Shown: piece after piece, positions 41,359 to 50,377 of the stretch | Layout of the letters: each line of letters opens with the position of its first letter | Position numbering within the stretch: the first letter of the stretch is position 1 | Source: an uncultured virus (IMG/VR IMGVR_UViG_3300020526_000001) | Taxonomy: Duplodnaviria > Heunggongvirae > Uroviricota > Caudoviricetes | IMG/VR virus record: IMGVR_UViG_3300020526_000001 | Reading direction: 5' to 3' (one strand) | DNA length: 64,000 bases | Notes under the pieces: generated by a model | What the model was told of the DNA's origin: nothing | The model's database searches: none | What the model saw: only the letters and a program-made list of their open reading frames with translations | Position numbers and translations under genes: made by a program

Positions 41359-41434
41359 ATTGTTTTCTGTTAAATAATAGTGGATGCCAAATGGGTCCAC
41401 ACAACACAAACTCGCTTTTAAAGGAGCTACAATA

Positions 41435-41869
41435 ATGACAAGTATCACTAGGTATACTGCTGCGGATCTTCCTACGTTAATGGATAGAATCGCTAGAAAT
41501 GGTATCGGTATGGATGAATACTTTAACAAGTTATTTAATGTTCATGAAACAACTTCCAACTATCCCCCATATAACCTTGTTCAAGTAAGTAACGTAGAAT
41601 CACGACTTGAACTTGCACTTGCTGGATTTAAGAAGAAGGAGGTTTATGTCTATACACAAGATGGTAAACTGTTCGTTGAGGGACAAAAAGAGGATAAGGA
41701 ATCTGACACCAACTACGTCCATAAGGGATTGGCTCAACGATCTTTCAAGAGAGCATGGACAATGGCAGATGATACAGAAGTCACAGATGTATCCTTTGAA
41801 GATGGACTCCTCTCTGTCAACTTGAAAAAAATTGTTCCAGATCACCACAAACGAAAAGATTATCTATAA
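41435..41869 (+). CDS. hsp20: Small heat-shock protein Hsp20
   Basis: AAGGAG RBS before ATG 41435; NYPPYN, ALAGF, H.GLA.RSF, F.DGLL. Confidence 0.93.
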   Translation: MTSITRYTAADLPTLMDRIARNGIGMDEYFNKLFNVHETTSNYPPYNLVQVSNVESRLELALAGFKKKEVYVYTQDGKLFVEGQKEDKESDTNYVHKGLAQRSFKRAWTMADDTEVTDVSFEDGLLSVNLKKIVPDHHKRKDYL

Positions 41870-41892
41870 ATATATTTGAATATCGTCGGCGC

Positions 41893-41934
41893 AGGGGAAC
41901 GACTGGCAAAATCCAGTTGACTTCCCCCTTTTTT
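41893..41934 (+). terminator. Terminator hairpin after hsp20
   Basis: GGGGAA-CGACTGG-CAAAAT-CCAGTTG-AC-TTCCCC followed by a T run. Confidence 0.7.
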
Positions 41935-41945
41935 CTTGCTATAAT
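41917..41945 (+). promoter_or_regulatory. Early sigma70-type promoter for the g43 operon
   Basis: TTGACT-17bp-TATAAT with TG extension. Confidence 0.75.
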
Positions 41946-41966
41946 TTTTTGAGGTGCTTGGAGTAA

Positions 41967-42323
41967 ATGGCTATTAAACTTGCGGTTTTAAAATCTGGAG
42001 AAGATATTATTGCAGATATTAAGGAATTGGTAGATGATGATGGAAAGGCAGTATCATTTGTATTCCAAAATCCTTACTCTGTTAAATTGCTGTCTCCTCA
42101 AACTTTAATGGAGCAGACTGAAAATGAAAGGGAATATAGCGTATCATTTATTCCCTGGATTCCTTTGTCACACGATACTGATATTGCAGTTGGATTTGAT
42201 TGGGTGGTTACTATAGTGGAACCAACAAAAATGTTAAAAGAATCTTATGAGGAAAGAATGAATGGAAAGTCAAGTACTAATACTAGTGTTGATGAACAAT
42301 ATGTCCCTGATAACGAGGGTTGA
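41967..42323 (+). CDS. Hypothetical protein (Sm-fold-like)
   Basis: KL..LKSGEDIIA...NP...PWIP...VV.IVEP. Confidence 0.6.
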   Translation: MAIKLAVLKSGEDIIADIKELVDDDGKAVSFVFQNPYSVKLLSPQTLMEQTENEREYSVSFIPWIPLSHDTDIAVGFDWVVTIVEPTKMLKESYEERMNGKSSTNTSVDEQYVPDNEG

Positions 42324-42519
42324 GGAAGTATCGTCTGAATTAGGAGAACCAGATTGTAGATTAGTTAAACCTTATCTTATTGATTCTGATTTAAATATTT
42401 CTCCCTGGTTAAGTGAATTCACAAATTCAGATGAATTTATGATGAGTTCGGATAAAATTCTGACATTAATTGAACCTAAAAAATCATTACTTGACAAATA
42501 CTTAGAACTTACCCAATGA
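42262..42519 (+). CDS. Hypothetical protein (Sm-fold-like)
   Basis: GEPDC.L..P...PW...ILT.IEP; coupled to g43. Confidence 0.6.
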   Translation: MESQVLILVLMNNMSLITRVEEVSSELGEPDCRLVKPYLIDSDLNISPWLSEFTNSDEFMMSSDKILTLIEPKKSLLDKYLELTQ

Positions 42520-45014
42520 GATTTTACACCAACGTCTATGAAAAATTTAATAAAATGTTGGTCCGTGGTTATGATAATGGTGAGTATTTTCAAATAGAAG
42601 AGGATTATCAACCTACTCTATTTGTACCTTCAAAGAAAAAAACAAAATATAGAACGTTGGATGGATATCCAGTCGAACCTATTCAACCTGGAAAGATTTC
42701 TGATTGTAAGGAATTTCTAGACAAGTATTCTAAGGTTGAGGGATTTACTGTCTATGGTAATGACAACTATAAAGCACAGTATATTTCAGACAAATATCCT
42801 GAGGATGAGATAAAATTTGATATTGCAAAGATTCGACTCTTTACAATTGACATTGAGGTTTCTGCCGAAAGTGGATTCCCAAATGTCTTTGATTGTGCGG
42901 AAGAAATTCTGACAATTACCCTTCAGAACTATGCAACAAAGCAGATTATCTGTTTTGCAAATTCCAGAGAGTATGACAATACTCGCAAAGACCTTGCATA
43001 TGTGAAGTGTTCTGATGAAATTGATTTGATTCACCGATTCCTTGCATTCTGGCAACAAAATACTCCAGATGCCATCACTGGATGGAACTGTGAGTTGTAT
43101 GATATTCCATATATTGCTGGACGTATTGAACGGATTCTTGGGGAGAAGGAAGCACGTCGTCTTTCTCCTTGGGGAAATATTCGAAGGAAAGAACTTGTAA
43201 TTCAGGGTAGAGAGCAAATCTCTTATGAAGTAGCAGGAGTATCTGTGATTGACTACCTTGATTTGTATAAGAAATTCACTTACACAAACCAGGAATCTTA
43301 TCGTCTTGACCACATCGCATTTGTGGAACTGGGACAGAAAAAACTAGACCACTCTGAGTTTGAAACCTTTAAGGATTTTTATACGAAAGACTGGCAAAAG
43401 TTTGTAGACTACAACATCAAAGACGTTGAACTTGTTGACCAATTGGAAGACAAGATGAAACTTATTGAATTGTGCTTAACAATGGCATATGATGCTAAAG
43501 TTAATTACAATGATGTGTTCTTTCAAGTAAGAACTTGGGATGCCATCATTTATAATTATCTTAAAAAAAGAAATATTGTAATTCCACCTAAAGATAAATC
43601 ATCTAAAGATGAAAAATATGCTGGAGCATATGTTAAGGAACCAATTCCTGGCATTTATGATTGGGTTGTCAGTTTTGACCTCAACTCTTTGTATCCTCAT
43701 CTTATTATGCAATATAATATCTCTCCCGAAACTCTTTTAGAAGAAAAGCACCCTCAGGCAACGGTTGATAGAATCTTAAATGAGCAAATTAATTTTGAAC
43801 TGTATAAAGATTATGCGGTCTGTGCCAATGGTGCTATGTACCGTAAGGATGTGAAAGGATTTCTTCCTGAGTTGATGGAGAAAATGTATGGGGACCGAGT
43901 TATCTTCAAAAAGAAGATGATTGAGGCAAAGAAAGAATACCAGAAGACTCCAACCAAAGAATTGGAAAAGGAGATTGCTCGTTGCAATAATATTCAGATG
44001 GCAAAGAAGATTTCTCTGAACTCTGCTTATGGTGCCATCGGAAACCAATACTTTAGATACTATAAACTAGCAAATGCTGAGGCAATTACTTTGTCTGGGC
44101 AAGTATCAATCCGTTGGATTGAGGGGAAAATGAATAAGTATCTAAATAAGGTGTTGAAAACAGAAAATGTTGATTATGTTATTGCTTCAGATACTGATTC
44201 TATTTACCTTAATATGGGTCCTTTGGTTAAATGTGTATACAAAGGAAGAGAGGAGACTCGTGAGAAAGTTGTTTCGTTCCTTGATAAGTTGTGTGGTATG
44301 GAACTTGAAAAGTATATTGAAAGTTCTTACCAAGAATTGGCTGACTATGTAAATGCATATGAGCAGAAAATGCAGATGAAACGGGAGAATATTGCTGACC
44401 GTGGAATCTGGACTGCTAAGAAACGATACATTCTTAATGTTTGGGATAGTGAAGGAGTTCGTTATGAACAACCAAAACTAAAGATTATGGGACTGGAAGC
44501 AGTTAAATCTTCTACTCCTGCACCTTGTCGTCAGATGATTAAGGATGCTCTCAAACTCATTATGACTAAGACTGAAGATGATATGATTGAGTATATTGAG
44601 AAGTCTAGAAGGGAATTTAGTAATCTTTCAGTAGAGGAAATTTCATTTCCAAGAACTGTATCTGATGTTGTTAAGCATAAAGCACATGCAACAATTTATG
44701 GAAAAGGAACACCAATCCATGTTCGGGGTGCTCTTCTCTATAATCATTTCATTAAAGAAAAAAAACTTGATAAAAAGTATGCAGCAATTCAGAATGGTGA
44801 AAAAATTAAATTTTGTTATTTAAAACTTCCCAACCCAATGCGTGAAAATGTAATTTCTTATATTCAAGAATTTCCTAAGGAATTGGGATTGGACAAATAC
44901 ATCGACTATGAACTACAATTCAATAAAGCATTCTTGGAACCTATGAGGGTTATTCTTGATGCAATTGGTTGGAAAGTTGAAAAAACAATTACTCTAGAAT
45001 CATTTTTTTCCTGA
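42516..45014 (+). CDS. g43: Family B DNA polymerase gp43
   Basis: DIE exonuclease motif, SFDLNSLYP, K..LNS.YG, SDTDS, KKRY. Confidence 0.98.
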   Translation: MRFYTNVYEKFNKMLVRGYDNGEYFQIEEDYQPTLFVPSKKKTKYRTLDGYPVEPIQPGKISDCKEFLDKYSKVEGFTVYGNDNYKAQYISDKYPEDEIKFDIAKIRLFTIDIEVSAESGFPNVFDCAEEILTITLQNYATKQIICFANSREYDNTRKDLAYVKCSDEIDLIHRFLAFWQQNTPDAITGWNCELYDIPYIAGRIERILGEKEARRLSPWGNIRRKELVIQGREQISYEVAGVSVIDYLDLYKKFTYTNQESYRLDHIAFVELGQKKLDHSEFETFKDFYTKDWQKFVDYNIKDVELVDQLEDKMKLIELCLTMAYDAKVNYNDVFFQVRTWDAIIYNYLKKRNIVIPPKDKSSKDEKYAGAYVKEPIPGIYDWVVSFDLNSLYPHLIMQYNISPETLLEEKHPQATVDRILNEQINFELYKDYAVCANGAMYRKDVKGFLPELMEKMYGDRVIFKKKMIEAKKEYQKTPTKELEKEIARCNNIQMAKKISLNSAYGAIGNQYFRYYKLANAEAITLSGQVSIRWIEGKMNKYLNKVLKTENVDYVIASDTDSIYLNMGPLVKCVYKGREETREKVVSFLDKLCGMELEKYIESSYQELADYVNAYEQKMQMKRENIADRGIWTAKKRYILNVWDSEGVRYEQPKLKIMGLEAVKSSTPAPCRQMIKDALKLIMTKTEDDMIEYIEKSRREFSNLSVEEISFPRTVSDVVKHKAHATIYGKGTPIHVRGALLYNHFIKEKKLDKKYAAIQNGEKIKFCYLKLPNPMRENVISYIQEFPKELGLDKYIDYELQFNKAFLEPMRVILDAIGWKVEKTITLESFFS

Positions 45015-45178
45015 TGGATTTGCCTATTAACGACGAAGAACTGAATACAATTGTAAGAGCAATGTCTCTCGGTGGAGACACTGCACTATATCAAAAACTT
45101 AAACTTGTGAAGGAACTAAAAGAACAGGGACTTCCTTATAAAAAAATCTTACGTGAAGAATATGGGATGGTAGCTTGA
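45014..45178 (+). CDS. 54-aa hypothetical protein (missing from ORF track)
   Basis: [14 protein letters not shown]...EEYGMVA exactly fills the gap; its start overlaps the g43 stop and its stop overlaps the uvsX start. Confidence 0.65.
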   Translation: MDLPINDEELNTIVRAMSLGGDTALYQKLKLVKELKEQGLPYKKILREEYGMVA

Positions 45179-46182
45179 TGGATTTTCTTAAAGATATTGT
45201 AAAGGAAATTGGTGGTGAGTATACACAACTTGCTGCTGATATTGACGAAACAGAGACTTATGTTGACACAGGTTCATTTATTTTTAATGCACTGGTTTCA
45301 GGTAGTGTACTTGGCGGTGTATCTGGGAATAAGATTACTGCTATTGCTGGAGAGTCTAGTACTGGAAAGACTTTCTTCTCTCTCGCTGTGGTTAAGAACT
45401 TCCTTGATAATAATCCCGATGGTTATTGTCTCTACTTTGATACTGAAGCTGCTGTAACAAAATCTTTGTTGGAAAGTAGAGGTCTTGACATTAATAGAAT
45501 TGTTGTGATTAATGTTGTTACTATTGAGGAATTTCGTTCTAAAGCACTTAAAGCAGTTGATTTGTATCTAAAAAAGAAAGAAGCAGAACGCAAACCTTGT
45601 ATGTTTGTTCTTGATTCTCTGGGAATGCTTTCTACAGAGAAAGAAATTCAAGATGCTTTGGATGATAAGCAAGTTCGTGATATGACCAAATCCCAACTTG
45701 TCAAAGGTGCTTTTAGGATGCTAACCTTAAAGTTGGGGCAAGCAAAGATTCCAATGATTGTCACAAACCATACTTACGATGTAGTTGGTTCATATGTTCC
45801 AATGAAAGAAATGAGTGGGGGTTCTGGTCTCAAATACTCTGCATCTACGATCATCTATCTTTCAAAGAAAAAAGAAAAAGATGGAACAGAAGTTGTTGGA
45901 AATATTATTAAAGCAACAACTCATAAATCTCGTCTTAGTAAAGAGAATAAAACTGTAGAAGTTCGTCTATATTATGATGAACGTGGACTTGATAAGTATT
46001 ATGGTCTTCTTGACCTTGCTGAGAAGTATGGTATATTTGAAAAGTCTGGTACTAGGTATCAAGTCCCCGATGGGACTTCTCAATATGGAAAGACCATTAT
46101 GGATAATCCAGAAAAATATTTTACTGGTGAAGTAATGCAAGCACTTGATGAGGCAGCAAAGAAAGAGTTTTCTTATGGTTGA
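45178..46182 (+). CDS. uvsX: RecA-like recombinase UvsX
   Basis: [24 protein letters not shown]. Confidence 0.95.
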   Translation: MDFLKDIVKEIGGEYTQLAADIDETETYVDTGSFIFNALVSGSVLGGVSGNKITAIAGESSTGKTFFSLAVVKNFLDNNPDGYCLYFDTEAAVTKSLLESRGLDINRIVVINVVTIEEFRSKALKAVDLYLKKKEAERKPCMFVLDSLGMLSTEKEIQDALDDKQVRDMTKSQLVKGAFRMLTLKLGQAKIPMIVTNHTYDVVGSYVPMKEMSGGSGLKYSASTIIYLSKKKEKDGTEVVGNIIKATTHKSRLSKENKTVEVRLYYDERGLDKYYGLLDLAEKYGIFEKSGTRYQVPDGTSQYGKTIMDNPEKYFTGEVMQALDEAAKKEFSYG

Positions 46183-46732
46183 ACTTAATGACTTTATTCA
46201 GATTTATGATAATTCGGTAGATGAGTATTTTTGCGATTATTTGATAGACTATTTTGAAAAGTCTGCAGAACTTCAAGTTAAAGTTGAAAATGAAAGAAGA
46301 CCAAATTTTACTGAAATAAATCTGACTGAAAATTCAAAGCAAACTCAAGAAATTACTAATATTCATAGTTACTTTATTCAAAAAACATTTGAGTATAGAG
46401 ACATTTATTATGAGTATATTGACAAAAGATGCTTTCCAGAAGAACATAATTTTGAGCAATTCAGAATAAAAAGATACATACCAAATGAAAATGAGGCATT
46501 TGATACTCACGTAGATGTTTCTGATTATGAGAGTGCGAGAAGATTTTTATCTTTTTTATGGTATTTAAATGATGTTGAAATTGGAGGTGAAACTCAATTT
46601 AGAGATTTGATAATTAGACCAAAGAAAGCAAGACTAATTGTGTTTCCTCCATTGTGGACATTTCCACATAAAGGAGTGGAACCAACTAGTAATTCTAAAT
46701 ATATCCTCAGTACGTATTTGCATTATAAGTGA
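46175..46732 (+). CDS. 2OG-Fe(II) oxygenase
   Basis: HVD, YLNDV..GGET.F, FPP.W.FPH, KY..STY. Confidence 0.88.
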   Translation: MVELNDFIQIYDNSVDEYFCDYLIDYFEKSAELQVKVENERRPNFTEINLTENSKQTQEITNIHSYFIQKTFEYRDIYYEYIDKRCFPEEHNFEQFRIKRYIPNENEAFDTHVDVSDYESARRFLSFLWYLNDVEIGGETQFRDLIIRPKKARLIVFPPLWTFPHKGVEPTSNSKYILSTYLHYK

Positions 46733-48063
46733 TGGAAAAAGTTGAAACTACTATTCTCAGGAATCTTCTCTTTAATAATGATTATTGTAGAAAGGTTCTT
46801 CCTTTTATTAAAAATGAATATTTTGAAAACTTGCATGAGAAAGTAGTTTTTGAGGAGATTTGTAAGTTTATTGTTGCATATGAGCAACTTGCAACTAAGG
46901 AAGTTCTTCTCATTGAAACTGAAAAACGTACTGATATTACTGAGGACACATACAAAACTATTTGTGAGTATGTGTCTAGGTTAGATAATAATGACGTTGA
47001 TTATAAGTGGTTAGTAGATACTACTGAGAAATGGTGTAGAGACCGTGCTATATACCTTGCACTTATGGAATCTATCAAGATTGCAGATGGTCAAGATGAG
47101 AAGAAAAATAGGGATGCTATTCCTAGTATTCTTTCTGATGCTTTAGCAGTGTCTTTTGACAATAACATCGGACATGATTATTTCAAAGACACAGAAAAAC
47201 GATACGAATTCTACCATCAACGTGAGGATAAAATTCCTTTCGATTTGGAATTCTTCAACAAAGTTACAAAGGGTGGACTTCCTAATAAAACTCTCAATAT
47301 TGCTCTTGCGGGCACTGGTGTGGGTAAGTCTCTCTTTATGTGCCACGTTGCTGCTTCTGTTCTACTTCAAGGTAAAAATGTATTGTACATTACTTTGGAA
47401 ATGGCTGAAGAGAGGATTGCGGAACGTATTGACTCAAATCTTCTGAATGTGAACATCAAAGATATTGAGAATCTTCCTAAAATGATGTTTGATAGTAAAA
47501 TTAATAGCATCAGTAAAAAGACACAAGGAACTCTTATTATTAAAGAGTATCCAACTGCATCGGCACATGCAGGGCACTTCAGAGCACTTTTGAATGAACT
47601 ATCTCTTAAGAAGTCTTTTAAACCAGACATCATCTTTATTGACTATTTGAATATTTGTGCTTCTTCTAGACATAAAGCAAATAGTTCCATCAATTCATAT
47701 ACTTACATTAAAGCAATTGCCGAGGAACTTCGTGGACTGGCAGTTGAAACTAATGTTCCTATTGTAAGTGCTACTCAGACCACTCGTTCAGGGTATTGCT
47801 TGGACTTGAAAACACAAGTTCAAACACCGCAAGGTATGAAAGAACTTTCAAATATTCAAGTTGGAGATTTGGTGCTTTCTAATACTGGTTATAATGAAGT
47901 TCTAAATGTCTTTCCAAAATCTAAAAAGAAATCTTATAAGATTACTTTGGATGATGGTAAAGAAATCATTTGTAGTGAAGAACATTTGTTCCCAACTCAA
48001 AATGGTGAAGTGAATATCAAAGGGGGTTTGAAAGAAGGTATGTGTCTTTATGTAAAGGAATAG
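46732..48063 (+). CDS. g41: Replicative helicase gp41 N-terminal part fused to split-intein N half
   Basis: AGTGVGKS, IDYLN, ATQTTRSGY followed by intein start CLDLKTQV. Confidence 0.95.
   Translation: MEKVETTILRNLLFNNDYCRKVLPFIKNEYFENLHEKVVFEEICKFIVAYEQLATKEVLLIETEKRTDITEDTYKTICEYVSRLDNNDVDYKWLVDTTEKWCRDRAIYLALMESIKIADGQDEKKNRDAIPSILSDALAVSFDNNIGHDYFKDTEKRYEFYHQREDKIPFDLEFFNKVTKGGLPNKTLNIALAGTGVGKSLFMCHVAASVLLQGKNVLYITLEMAEERIAERIDSNLLNVNIKDIENLPKMMFDSKINSISKKTQGTLIIKEYPTASAHAGHFRALLNELSLKKSFKPDIIFIDYLNICASSRHKANSSINSYTYIKAIAEELRGLAVETNVPIVSATQTTRSGYCLDLKTQVQTPQGMKELSNIQVGDLVLSNTGYNEVLNVFPKSKKKSYKITLDDGKEIICSEEHLFPTQNGEVNIKGGLKEGMCLYVKE
47797..48060 (+). mobile_element. Split intein N-fragment (88 aa, gp41-1 family)
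   Basis: Cys1 block A CLDLKTQV and block B CSEEHLF, ending at a stop codon. Confidence 0.95.
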
Positions 48064-48114
48064 TATGTGTAAGTTCTACTTCTTATAAATAATAGTAGTA
48101 TAACTTACTGATAT
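48063..48114 (+). promoter_or_regulatory. Late promoter TATAAATA (48084-48091) inside a hairpin that reaches the endonuclease start
   Basis: GTAAGTTCTACT pairs with AGTAG(TAT)AACTTAC. Confidence 0.6.
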
Positions 48115-48778
48115 GAAAGTAAAGATTTATTTGATTACCAACACAGCAGTCAATCCACATATGTATTATGTTGGATTGACTAAAAATGAATTAAATAGAA
48201 GATTACAAGAACATATTACTCTTGGAAGGCACGAAGGAAATAAACTTCTGTCTGATGCTATTATTGAATATGGTAAAAGAAACTTTACTATTGAGGTAAT
48301 AGAAGAAGTTGATGAGAGTGAAGCAAGAATAAAAGAAGATTATTATATTCGCAAATATAAATCTCATTATAGAGATGGGTGTGGATATAATATGAAATAT
48401 GAAACTTGCAATCATGAGAAATACTATCACGGAGCAAATCAAGAACTAATAGAAGAGAATATTAGAAATGGTAGGGTGTGGAACTATGGAATAAGTTTTT
48501 CTACACAATCAAAAGAAAAAATGAGAAAAACTAAAAAACATAGATACTCTCTTGGTCTTTATACTAAATTTAATACAAACCATACACAAGAAACAAAAGA
48601 TAAAATATCAGAAAGTAAAAGAGGACAAAAACTTACAGAGGAACATAAAAATAATATTTCTAAATCTTCTGTTGGTAGAACTTGGATTTATAATCCAGAG
48701 TTAGATGAAAGAAAGTTTGTAAAACAGGATGAGTTGGAAATGTTCTTGGAAAGTGGTTGGAAGAAAGGTAGGTTATAA
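48113..48778 (+). CDS. GIY-YIG homing endonuclease with NUMOD3-like repeats
   Basis: KIY...YVG, R...H, E, GYN; HT.ETK.KIS-type repeats; Seg-like C-terminus GWKKGR. Confidence 0.88.
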   Translation: MKVKIYLITNTAVNPHMYYVGLTKNELNRRLQEHITLGRHEGNKLLSDAIIEYGKRNFTIEVIEEVDESEARIKEDYYIRKYKSHYRDGCGYNMKYETCNHEKYYHGANQELIEENIRNGRVWNYGISFSTQSKEKMRKTKKHRYSLGLYTKFNTNHTQETKDKISESKRGQKLTEEHKNNISKSSVGRTWIYNPELDERKFVKQDELEMFLESGWKKGRL

Positions 48779-48781
48779 ATA
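48774..48781 (+). promoter_or_regulatory. Late promoter TATAAATA
   Basis: Exact consensus upstream of the 48804 ORF. Confidence 0.7.
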
Positions 48782-48803
48782 AACTTATAGTGTAAAAAAA
48801 AAG

Positions 48804-49247
48804 ATGGACGCACAAAATTTTCGTGGGATTCAAGAAGCATATATGGAAGTTGTTAGTAACAATAATGAGTTGAGTGAAATGTCTTATAAAAAACTTCCTG
48901 TCGGCAAAATGATGAGAAAAGTTGAATATAGGGCAGAAAGAGAAGCAGATACGAGAGCAGATGCAGAAACAGCAGACACAACTGCTTTTATGAGTCATAA
49001 TCGGGCATTAAGAGCACACAAACGCGCAGAAAGAAATAAAGAAAGAAGCAATAGAATGATAAATGTTGCTGATACTCATAGTAAGAAAGCAGCAAAGGCA
49101 AAATCAAAACTTAAAAAAGAACAAGTAGACCTATACGACATCATTCTTTCGCACCTTCTTGATGAAGGATATGCTGAAACACCAGAAGCAGCAGAAGCAA
49201 TTATGGTGAATATGAGTGAAGAGTGGAGAGATAGTATTATTGGTTGA
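48804..49247 (+). CDS. Hypothetical protein, putative head-internal protein
   Basis: N-terminal IQEAYMEV motif; C-terminal DLYD.I..HL.DEGYA.T.E.A..IM..MSEEW module similar to one in the 61111 ORF. Confidence 0.6.
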   Translation: MDAQNFRGIQEAYMEVVSNNNELSEMSYKKLPVGKMMRKVEYRAEREADTRADAETADTTAFMSHNRALRAHKRAERNKERSNRMINVADTHSKKAAKAKSKLKKEQVDLYDIILSHLLDEGYAETPEAAEAIMVNMSEEWRDSIIG

Positions 49248-49268
49248 TAAAATCATAAAATCTTTCTC

Positions 49269-49300
49269 AACCACTCACCTTGCTTTTGGTGAGTGGTTTT
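49269..49300 (+). terminator. Terminator closing the inserted cassette
   Basis: AACCACTCACC-TTGCTTTT-GGTGAGTGGTT perfect 11-bp stem followed by Ts. Confidence 0.8.
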
Positions 49301-49308
49301 GTTATAAT
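49280..49308 (+). promoter_or_regulatory. Early sigma70-type promoter for the intein-C/g41-C gene
   Basis: TTGCTT-17bp-TATAAT with TG extension. Confidence 0.65.
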
Positions 49309-49327
49309 GTGAATAGGTAAAAACTCT

Positions 49328-49438
49328 ATGATGCTGAAAAAAATTCTAAAAATTGAAGAACTTGATGAAAGAGAACTTATAGATATTGAAGTGTCTGGAA
49401 ATCATTTGTTCTATGCGAATGCTATTCTCACACATAAT
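49328..49438 (+). mobile_element. Split intein C-fragment (37 aa)
   Basis: Block F (IDIEVSGNHLFYAN) and terminal His-Asn followed by Ser+1. Confidence 0.95.
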
Positions 49439-49744
49439 AGTAGTTCTGATGTTGAACTTACTGATACTTCTGAATCCTTTGGTCTTCCTGCCACTGCTGA
49501 CCTGATGTTTGCTCTGATTTCTACAGAAGAACTTGAAGGACTTGGACAGATTCTTGTTAAACAACTTAAGAATCGTTATAATGACCCTACTATGAATAAG
49601 AGATTTGTTCTTGGAATTGATAGGGCAAAAATGCGTCTTTATGATGTGGAGCAAAGTGCTCAAAAGGATATACTTGACTCTGGACAAGAAGAAGAGTATA
49701 GTTCTGAAGATAAAACAAGTAAATTTTCTGGATTTAAATTTTAA
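49328..49744 (+). CDS. g41: Split-intein C half fused to gp41 C-terminal part
   Basis: MMLKKILKIEE...ILTHN followed by SSSDVELTDTSESFGLPATAD and KQLKNRY. Confidence 0.95.
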   Translation: MMLKKILKIEELDERELIDIEVSGNHLFYANAILTHNSSSDVELTDTSESFGLPATADLMFALISTEELEGLGQILVKQLKNRYNDPTMNKRFVLGIDRAKMRLYDVEQSAQKDILDSGQEEEYSSEDKTSKFSGFKF

Positions 49745-49746
49745 AT

Positions 49747-50157
49747 ATGACGAAGCAAATTGATTTTGGGAAGTACCAAGAATTTGTAGATGCAGTAACC
49801 TCTGATGCCTCTACTGATTTTGTTGCTCTTTCTGACCGTTTGGTTGAATTGGATGAAAAGGGAGCAAATATTGAACGACTCCTTACTGCTGGTGTTGGAA
49901 TTAATGCTGAAGGTGGTGAGTTTCTTGAAATTATCAAGAAGATGATTTTCCAAGGTAAACCTTGGAATGTAGATAATAAAGAACATCTTTTGCTTGAACT
50001 AGGTGATTTGATGTGGTATGTTGCTCAAGCTTGTATGGCACTTGAAGTTTCTTTTGATGAGGTTATTGCCCGTAATGTGAAGAAACTGGAGAAACGTTAT
50101 CCTGGTGGTGCATTTGATGTTTACTACTCCGAAAATCGTGAGGACGGTGACCTGTGA
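49747..50157 (+). CDS. mazG: MazG-like NTP pyrophosphohydrolase
   Basis: EGGEF.E..KK, ELGD..WY, N..KL..RYP. Confidence 0.92.
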   Translation: MTKQIDFGKYQEFVDAVTSDASTDFVALSDRLVELDEKGANIERLLTAGVGINAEGGEFLEIIKKMIFQGKPWNVDNKEHLLLELGDLMWYVAQACMALEVSFDEVIARNVKKLEKRYPGGAFDVYYSENREDGDL

Positions 50158-50333
50158 GTAAAGTTAAATTAGAAATGGATGTTCGGTCTGCTGCTGCAGT
50201 TAGACAGGTATTATTTGAAGCACAAAAAGGATATACTAGTAATATTGAAACAACACCTATTCGTATTTTTGAATTGCGTGAAGTAATTGCTGACCTTGAT
50301 GATGCAATTAGTCAAGTTATAGAAACTGAATAA
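50154..50333 (+). CDS. 59-aa hypothetical protein (missing from ORF track)
   Basis: GTG start overlaps the mazG stop; MSKVKLEMDVRSAAAVRQVLF...IETE. Confidence 0.6.
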   Translation: MSKVKLEMDVRSAAAVRQVLFEAQKGYTSNIETTPIRIFELREVIADLDDAISQVIETE

Positions 50334-50339
50334 TATTTT

Positions 50340-50374
50340 AAATCCCCTTTTCTAAATAAAAGAAAAGGGGATTT
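50340..50374 (+). promoter_or_regulatory. 14-bp hairpin with a late-promoter-like TAAATA at the loop and the RBS in the 3' arm
   Basis: AAATCCCCTTTTCT-AAATAAA-AGAAAAGGGGATTT just before ATG 50378. Confidence 0.65.
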
Positions 50375-50377
50375 TTG

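Noticed and set aside
41384..41434. 17-aa N-terminal extension of Hsp20
   Set aside because: The RBS precedes ATG 41435; the upstream ATG lies within the leader hairpin.
42786..43313. 175-aa antisense ORF inside g43
   Set aside because: It has no recognisable motifs and lies fully within a conserved essential gene.
47797..49438. g41 as a pseudogene or group I intron-interrupted gene
   Set aside because: Both halves carry intact intein motifs with their own stop and start, and no intron core structure was seen.
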